A stretch of 64,000 nucleotides of DNA from Promethearchaeia archaeon (GTDB lineage Archaea > Asgardarchaeota > Lokiarchaeia > Sigyniarchaeales > SOKP01). The translations under genes and the position numbers were made by a program. Positions 20,127-29,176 of this stretch are shown here, one piece after another (positions within the stretch are counted from its first letter, which is position 1; every line of letters starts with the position of its first letter). The notes beneath the pieces were generated by a model. That model did not search any database, had not been told where the DNA came from, and was given only the letters and a program-made list of their open reading frames with translations. The stretch lies in the NCBI GenBank assembly GCA_029856145.1, contig JAHQWK010000008.1, positions 64,001 through 128,000 on the forward strand. The letters are read 5' to 3'.

Positions 20127-21194
20127 TTACGTATAATATTCTTTTGAAGATGGATAATCACACTTAGTAGTTGGTTTAGTTTTCAATGCCAAACGCTCTC
20201 GTTTCCAATCTTCTATTCCCACGAATCGAAGATTTTTCAAGGAATTAAGCCCTCCAAACTCTTCAATAGGATTTTTCTCTAAAGTGATTACTTCTAAATT
20301 TGCTAAATTCTCAAGACCTTGAATTTGGGTTATGTTGTTCTCATCTAGCGCTAGACTTTCTAACTTCCATAACGAATCTAACCCCTCAATCTCAGAAATC
20401 TTGTTTTGTGTTAAACTCAATCGCTTCAAATTTAGTAGACCTTCCAACCCTTTTATCTTAGAAATTTGATTTCGTTCTAATTCTAAATGCTGCAAATTCC
20501 TGAGGTTATTTAAACCTTTGATTTCTTTAATTTTATTAGATTCAAGAACTAATTGTTTTAGATTGCTTAATTTATCAAGACCTTTGATCTCTGAAATTTT
20601 ATTCATGCCTAAATCTAATAATTCCAATTTTTTAAGGTTATCTAAACCTTTTATTTCCCTAATTTCATTAAGACCGAGATATAATTCTCTCAAATTGCTT
20701 AGTTTATCAAGACCTTTAATTTCTGTTATTTTATTTTGATCTAATTGTAAGATCTCTAAATTTCTAAGGTATTCTAACCCCTTTATCTCAAATATTTCAT
20801 TTTGAAAGAAAGAAAGCTTCTTTAAGTTGGTTAACGTGTTTAATCCTTTAATTTCTGAAATGGGATTGCCATGATTATTACCGTCTCCAAACCATAAAGT
20901 CTCTAGATTCGTTAAATTTTCTAAACCTTCGATATCAGTAATATAATTTCCACTTAAAATCAAAAGCTTTAAGTTCGTGAGGGCCTTTAGATTTTCAAGT
21001 CTCTCAATGCTATTAGTATTGAGAACCAATGTTCTTAAATTTTCTAAATTCTCGAGGCCTTCAATTTCAGAAAGACTACATGTGACATCAATGAGCTCTA
21101 ATACATTATCACAAATAAAATGTTTCTTTCCACGAATAAGAACATATTCCTCAGAATTTTTGTCTGCCATCTCTAAGATATTTTTACGAAGCAC
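20127..21194 (-). CDS. SDS22-like leucine-rich repeat protein, tandem copy 2
   Basis: Same architecture as copy 1; termini nearly identical. Confidence 0.95.
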   Translation of the reverse strand: MLRKNILEMADKNSEEYVLIRGKKHFICDNVLELIDVTCSLSEIEGLENLENLRTLVLNTNSIERLENLKALTNLKLLILSGNYITDIEGLENLTNLETLWFGDGNNHGNPISEIKGLNTLTNLKKLSFFQNEIFEIKGLEYLRNLEILQLDQNKITEIKGLDKLSNLRELYLGLNEIREIKGLDNLKKLELLDLGMNKISEIKGLDKLSNLKQLVLESNKIKEIKGLNNLRNLQHLELERNQISKIKGLEGLLNLKRLSLTQNKISEIEGLDSLWKLESLALDENNITQIQGLENLANLEVITLEKNPIEEFGGLNSLKNLRFVGIEDWKRERLALKTKPTTKCDYPSSKEYYT

Positions 21195-21274
21195 ACCTAT
21201 ATATATTTATGGGCAGTGATAACTATGAGAATTCCATAAAAATAAGGAAATTAATCATTTCTAATATTCTTTTA

Positions 21275-21387
21275 AAAAGTAGAAGGTCAGTTCCCCGACA
21301 AGTCCTTTAATAGAATGAGTGGGTGAGGTGAGTATTCAAAGGAATGAATCAGGGAACTGATGATAGAATTGTGTGTTCAGCTCAGTA
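21275..21387 (+). repeat. Hairpin repeat copy G (full; hairpin 21287-21360)
   Basis: TCAGTTCCC/GGGAACTGA outer stem, TCCTTTAATA/TATTCAAAGGA inner stem. Confidence 0.95.
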
Positions 21388-21424
21388 ATTTTGAATTTAC
21401 CAGAAAAAATAAAAGTAAGATTAC

Positions 21425-21691
21425 TTACGCATTAGCCAAATATTCGTTTAGCACGATGTTTAATTCTACTTCTGAGTTTTGGATCTTCTTCAACAGATTC
21501 CTCAGTCCATACTCATTTAATAGTAGCTCGATGAGATTCTTATAAACTGCGGTAATATTATCTTTACCAGCTTCATAATAAAATTTATCATCACTAAGGG
21601 TAAGATCTAAAAGATCATATAAACCTTTCAAGGCGTCCTTTATATTTTCAAAATTCCTTACTGCTTTTTCTTTCGTTTTTGAACTATTCAT
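21425..21691 (-). CDS. Hypothetical 88-aa helical protein (anchor gene of the left array)
   Basis: Clean ORF with strong SD (GAGGTGA); diverged copies of its tail conserve the amino acids. Confidence 0.85.
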   Translation of the reverse strand: MNSSKTKEKAVRNFENIKDALKGLYDLLDLTLSDDKFYYEAGKDNITAVYKNLIELLLNEYGLRNLLKKIQNSEVELNIVLNEYLANA

Positions 21692-21964
21692 TTAACTTAC
21701 TCACCTCAATATTATTATGTAAATGATCATATATAAAGATGATCATTATGCATAATTTTTCCGTCGTAGAACATATATCAGTATAGTGGGATTGATCACC
21801 CCTCGTCGATCTCAATTATATTTTTTTTACTAATTTAATCATTGAAGGAAATCTCAATTATAATGATGTCAATATACATTAATTTCGATAGCGAAGATTG
21901 ATCATTAATAACGAAAATCATTAATTGATATTGATTTTTGATTGAAAAACAAAATTAAAAAAAA

Positions 21965-22198
21965 GAATTAATTTCTGTATTATTCTCTTTAGGTTCTGGT
22001 TTAATAGCATTATTACTTGCGAAATATACTGTATTATATCTCGGAGGTCATGGGAAAACACCAAAAAATCAACCTACAGGGAATCTAAAAGGTTTTAAAC
22101 AGGATGATAAAAGCACTGCTGCACTATTATTTGGCATTGGGAGTTTATTGATGGGAATGTTATTTCTAGAACTAGGTTGTGCCTTGGCTGACGAATAA
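21965..22198 (+). pseudogene. Start-less C-terminal stub of a membrane protein resembling the end of the 436-aa ORF
   Basis: 77 open codons ELISVLFSLGSGLIALLLAKYTVLYLGG...TAALLFGIGSLLMGMLFLELGCALADE*. Confidence 0.5.
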
Positions 22199-22361
22199 AA
22201 AATCTCAAAAAATAATTTATAAAAAACATTTTTTTTATATATAAATATAAGTCTCTTAATTTTCAATTTATAAATAAAGACACAAACAAATTGATCTAAT
22301 TTAAGATTGAAAAACCTTTATGAAAATAAATCATAATCATTAAAAATTAAAAATTAGAAGC

Positions 22362-23339
22362 ATGAAAATAAAAATAAGAACAGCAAAATATAAACATAGT
22401 GGAGAACCTTTACAATTTAAAAAAATTGATATAGAATGTAAAGGCGCAGGAGTAAAAGAGGATCCATTTATATTGGATTCTTCTTCAGATATCCCTAATG
22501 ATTTTGAAATATTAGAATCTAAAGTACACATAATTATAAAAAATTGTCATGTTAACTCTTTAGTGTTAGGATATTCTAAGAACATCACTATAAAAGAGTG
22601 TTCTTTTAGAGCTGTATTTTTATACCATTGTGCTGATATAACAATAAATAAATGTCATATTAATTTTATGACTCTCAATGTATGTCGAAATTGCTTATTA
22701 AAGAATTCAAAATTCGATACAGAATTCAAGATATTTAAATGTTATAACAACACATTTAAAGCATGTGAATGGGATATATTTTTTGATTCAAATGACTTAA
22801 GTAGAGGAAATATCCTTGAAAGTATTGATGATCCTTTTATTGAAGATATCTTAGAAATACAAAAACCTTTAGTAAAAACAACAGATTCGTTTGCTATTTC
22901 AACATCTACTTTTTGGCATGGCGTTATTTTAAAAGATATCGAATGTCAAGGAACTGGAACAGTAAAGGATCCCATTATAATTGATAATTCAAATGTAAAA
23001 AAAATTGACCTAAAAGATATTGTAATATACCATAATAGACATCATGTTATCTTTAGAAACTTAACATTAAAAAAAATAAAGATATATGACAGTAAACATG
23101 TGACACTTGAAGGTTGTGATATTTCAAAGTCAATTCATCTAAAATTTTGTTCAGATATTAAAATTAGATCAATTTCAATGAAATTATTAAAATTTGGTGC
23201 ATGTCAAGATACATTCGTAGAAAACTCTGAAATTAAAGAACTTGATATATATAAAGGATATGAAGGATTTGTAAATTTAAGTAAATGTACTTTTAATAAA
23301 ACAAACGAAAACACTATTAAACATATCATATTTTCTTAG
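22362..23339 (+). CDS. Parallel beta-helix (NosD/pectin-lyase-like) protein with two GxGTxxDPxII modules
   Basis: ECKGAGVKEDPFIL and ECQGTGTVKDPIII, each followed by xxIxxC beta-helix turns. Confidence 0.7.
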   Translation: MKIKIRTAKYKHSGEPLQFKKIDIECKGAGVKEDPFILDSSSDIPNDFEILESKVHIIIKNCHVNSLVLGYSKNITIKECSFRAVFLYHCADITINKCHINFMTLNVCRNCLLKNSKFDTEFKIFKCYNNTFKACEWDIFFDSNDLSRGNILESIDDPFIEDILEIQKPLVKTTDSFAISTSTFWHGVILKDIECQGTGTVKDPIIIDNSNVKKIDLKDIVIYHNRHHVIFRNLTLKKIKIYDSKHVTLEGCDISKSIHLKFCSDIKIRSISMKLLKFGACQDTFVENSEIKELDIYKGYEGFVNLSKCTFNKTNENTIKHIIFS

Positions 23340-23364
23340 AGAGATACAAAGGTTCATTTTTTTT

Positions 23365-23619
23365 TTAAATCTTAGCTACTATTTCCGAATCTCTTTTTTT
23401 CAATTTTTCACTGACAATTTCTATATAGTATAAAAATAAACGTCCAGTTAAATTAATGATAAATGAGGAAATTGTTAGATAACTTAGATTATTAGCTCCT
23501 CTGCCTTCCCCTCTAATACCGATAAAATTAAAGTTCCAATCATATAAAACATCACTGTTATTAGCTTCTATTATAATAATAATTGATATAGTTGTAAGAA
23601 TTATACAAGAAAGTGATGC
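23365..23619 (-). pseudogene. Start-less 3' stub of a membrane protein
   Basis: 84 open codons ASLSCIILTTISIIIII...GIRGEGRGANNLSYLTISSFIINLTG...KKRDSEIVAKI*, no ATG. Confidence 0.4.
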
Positions 23620-23706
23620 CTAGTTAATCAAAAATAATATTTTCGTCAAGGAAAAATTACAATATCTAAATATAATGCTAAATATTTTAATTTCAAAACA
23701 AGAGAC

Positions 23707-25017
23707 GTGTCTACCAAATTGAACGGCACTTCCGCGGTCATGATGAACTTACCGATTTCTGTGCTCCAATATGTCCCCTGGTTCTGTGACTTCTCTAATT
23801 CTCCGATGGGCGCAAAGCCCGAAACCTTCGGAGAATGGTTCTGGAAACCGCTGGTCGCTCTAGCGAAAGCAATTGTCGGCGTCTTTGTCACCATAGTAAT
23901 GGCTATCGTAGAACTTGTAAAGTTGATCATCGATTTCTTTATCCAAATTTTCATGGACATCTTACCAATTCTAGGATATATACTATGGCTAATAATTCGC
24001 ACATTAATATTAATTTTCATTTGGATAATGTTTGTATTTACACTTTTAACAATATTAATTTTGTTGGTATCAACAATCGGATTAGGTCTTATCTTAGATA
24101 TATTTATGAATCTTGATATTAAGACTTCTTCAAATAGCGTAATTATAAGTGGTGATCTTTATTTATCCTTCAATTACAATATAGCTATAGAATATAATGA
24201 TTTTCTTTGTTTTTATATCCCTTCAATTAAGGCTTATCTTAATACTACTGATTTTGTTCTTGAATATTCTTTTAATTTTGGCTCAACAGATTTAAATATT
24301 ATAGAATTTAACAACTCACTGTTTGATGATTTATCTGAAAGTGGGCCAAATCAATCTTCAGAATCACTTCCAAAAATAAGTGGTATTTCATCGGTATTTA
24401 GCAATGGATTTGAATTTCTCTCTGGTTTAGGTTTTACAATGTCAGCGCTAGGAATACTTGTTGGTTTACAAGCAGGTATTTTAGCATTTAACTCAAATGA
24501 TCTTTATAACAACATAATATTTATCGTAGGAATTGCTTTATTCATAGCCAGTGTAATATTATTAGTTATTAAAATTTTGATTGATCCAGAAGAATTTTCA
24601 CAATGGATGCTTTGGGGTATGGGAGTAGGATGTATTATTTCTGCAATTAGGTTTTTCAAAACGAAAGATTACATTGATGATACCTTTCAATATAAAGCTT
24701 GGCATAGAAAAAAAGCCGGAGATAAAGATTTCTTTTCTATGCTCAAAAATATAAAGCTCATATGTGGTGGTGTTGGGTTTGGTTTAAGTATTGCAGAAAT
24801 GTTTGGTGATTGGGATGATAATGAAATATATAAGGTATGTTCAGCAATATTTTCGGTAATAGCAGGTTGTTTATCTCTAAAACTTGCAAATCATGCTTTG
24901 ATTATGTTAAAGGGGAAAAATAGAACTTACAAAACTAGAATTGCAGGTATTTATGGAGGAGGAAGTCTTATCCTAGCAGCAATCCTCTTTTCAATTGCGG
25001 CATGGAGTAATAATTAA
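23707..25017 (+). CDS. Multi-TM membrane protein, probably the 5'-truncated C-terminal part of a larger protein
   Basis: No convincing start or SD; GC-rich 5' segment; many hydrophobic Gly-rich helices. Confidence 0.55.
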   Translation: MSTKLNGTSAVMMNLPISVLQYVPWFCDFSNSPMGAKPETFGEWFWKPLVALAKAIVGVFVTIVMAIVELVKLIIDFFIQIFMDILPILGYILWLIIRTLILIFIWIMFVFTLLTILILLVSTIGLGLILDIFMNLDIKTSSNSVIISGDLYLSFNYNIAIEYNDFLCFYIPSIKAYLNTTDFVLEYSFNFGSTDLNIIEFNNSLFDDLSESGPNQSSESLPKISGISSVFSNGFEFLSGLGFTMSALGILVGLQAGILAFNSNDLYNNIIFIVGIALFIASVILLVIKILIDPEEFSQWMLWGMGVGCIISAIRFFKTKDYIDDTFQYKAWHRKKAGDKDFFSMLKNIKLICGGVGFGLSIAEMFGDWDDNEIYKVCSAIFSVIAGCLSLKLANHALIMLKGKNRTYKTRIAGIYGGGSLILAAILFSIAAWSNN

Positions 25018-25144
25018 AAATAAATTTATAACAAATTTTTTTTTATAATATTATAGAAATTGCATTATTAGAACTTAATTAACAGGACATAATATTTATA
25101 AATTATAAAATAATCATCCAAATAGTTTTAAAGTAAAGTGGAGT

Positions 25145-25783
25145 TTGATGGAGGAAAAATTTAAAAACTTCCTTGAGGAGGATGAAAAAATTTTATGGAT
25201 ACGAAAACAAAAAAAGAATTTATTGTTGATTATACCATTTGGTATTAAAGTAGGAATAATTTCTTCTTTCATTTTCTTAATTTTAATTTTGATAACAATA
25301 ATCTTAGAAACGATTTTAGGGATTGTAATTATTATATCAATTTTTGTGATTATAATTTGGTGGATAATCTTGTACATCAACCATCATATTAATAGAATGA
25401 AAAAAATATTACAATTATCTTCAAATGAATTAAGACAATATGATTTTATTGAAATTATTACGAGTAAGCGCTATATTCGGAAGAGTTATTTATTAAATTA
25501 TTTTAAAGATTTTTTAAAATATCCTAAAAATGTAATAGAACAAATTGGCGACATCGTATTTATAAAGCTAGATTTTATTGAAAAAGTTATTGTGGAATAT
25601 AAGTTTAGAAGGATAGGGTTATTTCTAAAAGGCTATAAACCAAAATTTTTTAATGATACAGATTTTTTCATAGAATTTACTGAAAACGACTTTGATGAGC
25701 TTTTAAAAATATTAATAAATACTCTAAATTTGGAAAAGAAAGAATCAAATCCCATTTTTGAGGAATATTTCAAAAAAAAGTAA
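25145..25783 (+). CDS. Hypothetical 2-TM membrane protein
   Basis: LEEDEKILW N-terminus, two TM helices, IITSKRYI motif typical of bPH-like domains. Confidence 0.65.
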   Translation: MMEEKFKNFLEEDEKILWIRKQKKNLLLIIPFGIKVGIISSFIFLILILITIILETILGIVIIISIFVIIIWWIILYINHHINRMKKILQLSSNELRQYDFIEIITSKRYIRKSYLLNYFKDFLKYPKNVIEQIGDIVFIKLDFIEKVIVEYKFRRIGLFLKGYKPKFFNDTDFFIEFTENDFDELLKILINTLNLEKKESNPIFEEYFKKK

Positions 25784-25787
25784 TATG

Positions 25788-26027
25788 TTATTGATTTGAA
25801 TAAGCTTCTTTTAATCCAATATATTTATTCCAGGAGTTAAAGAAAGCATGCATATATATATAAGAATTAATGAGTTCAATTACATAGGATTTTCCTTCAT
25901 CCGTTATTTCTATCGCATATCTTGGTCTAAAACGTTTATCCTTAAAATTTAATTTTTGTAGGATAAAAATATGACCACATTTATCACACAAATCAGGCAA
26001 ATGACAAAAGGGATTTAGCTGTTTCAA
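25788..26027 (-). pseudogene. Probable 3' gene fragment (PadR/wHTH-like end)
   Basis: R..Y.IEITDEGK motif, no credible 5' part. Confidence 0.3.
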
Positions 26028-26244
26028 AATATCAAATGAATTTACAAGAGCTCCATGGCACAGGATATTATAGTTCTAAACGAAATAGTTAATAGAAAAT
26101 TCAATACAGATTAGGAGGTAACTAAAATGTTTAAAAGAAATAAAGGATTTAGGATCTCTGAATTTCTTATCCAAAATATTACTATTAATAAAATTATTCA
26201 AAATTTGCTTAACGACAATAACTAGATCCATAGAACATATTATT

Positions 26245-26925
26245 ATGAAATTTACAATTTATAGGAATTATAATTTTGGAAGATTGCTCTTAACTGAGGA
26301 TATTGATATAGAATGTGAAGGAGAAGGGACAGAGGAAGATCCACTTATAATTATACCCTCAGAGAAAATCCCTACAAATTTCTTTCTAAAAAACTCCAAA
26401 ATTCGAGTAATTTTAAAAAATTTTAATACACACAATATCAGTTTAATTTCTTGTTTGAATGTAACGATTGAAAAATGTAAATTAAATAAATTTTTTATAT
26501 TAGAAAGTCATGACATTGAAATTAAAAGTACATCCTGTCATTATTTAAAAATATTAAAATCCTCGTATATTAATATTGAAAATTCCTTTTTTGAGAGGGT
26601 AAAAGTGAAGAATTCAATAAATAAAATATTATTAAGAGATTGTACTATTAATCGAATTAAAAGAAACCATTTTAATAATATTCAATTTGATAAATGTAAA
26701 ATTTTAAATCCATATTCGTTTAAATCAATAAATTTTCTATTAAAAGACAATAAAAGAGCAATACTTATAGTTGCAGTTATTACTATTATTATAATAGTAG
26801 GAGTAATTTTAGCACTATATAACTTTGTATTATTATTAATATTTATCCCAGTTTTAATATTCATTAAATGGTATTTTAGTTTTAAGGAAGAAAGAGAAGT
26901 GAGAAAAAGAAAAAAGTTAGAATAA
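26245..26925 (+). CDS. Beta-helix protein paralogous to 22362-23339, with C-terminal TM hairpin
   Basis: DIECEGEGTEEDPLII, beta-helix turns, 2 TM helices. Confidence 0.7.
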   Translation: MKFTIYRNYNFGRLLLTEDIDIECEGEGTEEDPLIIIPSEKIPTNFFLKNSKIRVILKNFNTHNISLISCLNVTIEKCKLNKFFILESHDIEIKSTSCHYLKILKSSYINIENSFFERVKVKNSINKILLRDCTINRIKRNHFNNIQFDKCKILNPYSFKSINFLLKDNKRAILIVAVITIIIIVGVILALYNFVLLLIFIPVLIFIKWYFSFKEEREVRKRKKLE

Positions 26926-26979
26926 TATATATTGTAAGAAAAAATTCATTAATGTAACTTTAAATATTCTTAATTATAG

Positions 26980-27090
26980 AAACAAAAAGCTAGAGATGTA
27001 ATCGCGGGGGGGCTAATTTTAATGTTTTTAGCATCTGGTTTTAGCTTCTTTTGTGCTTTCTCTCCTATATTTCGACGTATAGTAGAATGA
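26980..27090 (+). pseudogene. Possible short start-less C-terminal membrane-protein stub
   Basis: KQKARDVIAGGLILMFLASGFSFFCAFSPIFRRIVE*. Confidence 0.3.
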
Positions 27091-27194
27091 TGTAGAAAAT
27101 TATATTTTTAATTTTTAATTCTTTATTATATAAAGAATCCGAAAATATACGCAAAGGTAAATTAATAAATGGAGCTACTCCACGAGTTTATAAA

Positions 27195-27528
27195 TTAACC
27201 AATTTAGAATTACGGAAAGATAATTTACTAGATCAAGATTTTTGATTGTAAATAAAAGATAAGATATAAAAAAAGAAATATTATTATTAGTTTAATGATG
27301 AATAGGGCGTCCTTTCTTATGGATAGATTTACCTACTACAGCTTCACTACCTTCGAGTACCATTTCTGAAATTGTAGGGTGGCTATGGATGGTCTCTCCA
27401 ATATCATGAATGGTTAACCCATGTTGCATTGCTAGTGCTATTTCAGCTATCAATTCGGGGGCTTCAGTTCCAATACAGGAAGCACCGAGAATTTTATGTG
27501 TAGTTTTATCAGCAAGAACCATAAAGAA
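27195..27528 (-). pseudogene. lpdA 3' stub 1 (last 78 codons) plus about 95 bp of downstream flank
   Basis: FFMVLADKTTHKILGASCIG...HSHPTISE...GRPIHH*; flank shared with stub 2. Confidence 0.92.
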
Positions 27529-27695
27529 CAAATATCAGATTTCAAAATTCAAGGCCTTCAAACTTTTCAATAGGATTTGAAATCAAATTTCCCCTTAAAT
27601 TTAGTCTTTTTAAATTTATATTTGAATCAACGCTTTTATCTTTGAAATCTCATTTCAATTATATTAACAATTAATATGATAAAAAAGAAAAAAAG

Positions 27696-28244
27696 TTAAA
27701 AATTTATTACTTCCGGATTGCTTTTAAAGAATTTTTTAAAAGATTTTCCATTCGTAACATACATTCCAGAAAGTTTTTCTCCAATTAATTTTCTTGATTC
27801 GGGTAATTTCTTTTTAATAGCAGCAGGTATACCTACTGCCAAAGATCTACGTGGAAGTTCTTGATTTATTAAAACAGCTCCAGCAGCAATTTGAGATCCT
27901 TCTTCAACTTTAGTTCTATGTAAAACATTAGATCCAATGCCTATTACACACCCATTTTCTATTGTACAAGGGCCGTGTATCATTGCATGGTGTCCTATTA
28001 TACAATTATCGCCAATGTCAACAAAAGAACCTACCTCCATATGAATAGTAACATTTTCTTGAATGCTGGTGTTTTTTCCAATTTTAATAGGACCGAAATC
28101 TCCACGTAAAACTACTCCAAACCAAATATTACTTCCCTCGTCAATTGAGACATCTCCAACTATTACAGCAGTAGGAGCAATATAAACAGATTCATGTATT
28201 TGGGGTTTTTTTCCTGTTCTCGGACTTGCCATAATTATTGGCAA
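27696..28244 (-). CDS. Gamma-carbonic-anhydrase-family hexapeptide-repeat protein
   Basis: IWFGVVLRGD, IQENVTIH, IGHHAMIHG. Confidence 0.9.
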   Translation of the reverse strand: MPIIMASPRTGKKPQIHESVYIAPTAVIVGDVSIDEGSNIWFGVVLRGDFGPIKIGKNTSIQENVTIHMEVGSFVDIGDNCIIGHHAMIHGPCTIENGCVIGIGSNVLHRTKVEEGSQIAAGAVLINQELPRRSLAVGIPAAIKKKLPESRKLIGEKLSGMYVTNGKSFKKFFKSNPEVINF

Positions 28245-28330
28245 AATTAATCACCTTAAACAATTTACTAAATTATTAAAAATTAGAACGCTCTTTTATT
28301 GATAAAAATACGTAGTGATATTTAACATTA

Positions 28331-28620
28331 TTGTCAAAGGTCAACAATATTAATCAGAAAGATTTTCCTGCAAACACTACATTTATCTCTAACGGAACAA
28401 TTAATGTAGATTTATGGAATAATGCCTTAGAGGGATTAATAACTATTGTCTTCTATGCAAATGATACATCAGGGAATATTGGATCTGCATCCGTTCTTAT
28501 AACAAAGAAGATTCCCTCTAAAGCAATAATTCTAGGATAAAACACATTTTGGATGATTGGAGCGATTTTTGGAGGGGTGTAGCTCTGATAAGAAAGTTTA
28601 AAGAAAAAGCAAAAAATTAA
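28331..28620 (+). pseudogene. Decayed C-terminal stub of an Ig-like/Loki-CTERM surface protein
   Basis: ITIVFYANDTSGNIG followed by AIILG* (degenerate IPGY), a broken TM helix and a basic tail. Confidence 0.6.
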
Positions 28621-28654
28621 TCTTTCTTAAATATAATTTGAAATAATAAGAAAT

Positions 28655-28989
28655 ATACCAATTTAGGATTACAGAAAGGTAAATTACTAGATCAAGATTT
28701 TAGATTGAGCACAAAAGATAAGATATGAAAAAAGAAATATTATTTTTAGTTTATTGATGAATAGGACGTCCTTTTTTGTGTATAGCTTTTCCTACAACCG
28801 ATTCTGCTGCTTCAAGTACCATCTCCGAAATGGTCGGATGAGAGTGAATTGTCTCTGCAATGTCATGTATCGTTAACCCATGTTGCATTGCTAATGCTAT
28901 TTCAGCTATCAATTCGGGGGCTTCAGTTCCAATACAAGATGCTCCTAAGATTTTATGGGAGCTTTTATCAGCTAAAATCATTAAGAAAC
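28655..28989 (-). pseudogene. lpdA 3' stub 2 (last 78 codons) plus about 95 bp of downstream flank
   Basis: FLMILADKSSHKILGASCIG...HSHPTISE...GRPIHQ*. Confidence 0.92.
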
Positions 28990-29019
28990 GTTCTTAATGA
29001 ATATTTAGCAAATGCGTAA
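28990..29019 (+). pseudogene. 3' stub VLNEYLANA* of the 88-aa gene, inverted orientation
   Basis: GTT CTT AAT GAA TAT TTA GCA AAT GCG TAA; amino-acid identical, synonymous differences only. Confidence 0.85.
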
Positions 29020-29072
29020 GAATCCTTTTTTCTGATTTTACATTTTCTCTTAAATTTAATTTAATGCCCTAA

Positions 29073-29176
29073 ACTGAACACACAATTCTATCATCAGTTC
29101 CCTGATTCATTCCTTTGAATACTCACCTCACACACTCATTTTATTCAAGGGTTTGCCGGGGAACTGACCCTTTTAC
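29073..29176 (-). repeat. Hairpin repeat copy H (full, inverted)
   Basis: Reverse complement of copies D-G; its left-end motif overlaps the TAA of the 78-aa gene. Confidence 0.95.

Noticed and set aside
18820-21194. LRR pair as DGR template and variable repeats
   Set aside because: No reverse transcriptase in the window, and the differences are not confined to adenines or to a short 3' segment.
16099-21387. Repeats as a CRISPR array
   Set aside because: Units are about 110 bp separated by 1.2-2.5 kb of genes; no short spacers and no cas genes.
21344-21388. Short peptide MNQGTDDRIVCSAQ encoded in the repeat after the SD-like loop
   Set aside because: The ATG is absent in copies D and F, and the stop position is not conserved.
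27532-27680. Possible plus-strand stub (..NFSIGFEIKFPLK..) back-to-back with lpdA stub 1
   Set aside because: It would fit the stub pattern but is too short and low-complexity to support without a database search.
16099-29176. Repeats as canonical integron attC sites or MITEs
   Set aside because: No paired RYYYAAC/GTTRRRY ends closing the hairpin, no terminal inverted repeats at the element ends, no evident target-site duplications, and no intI or transposase in the window.
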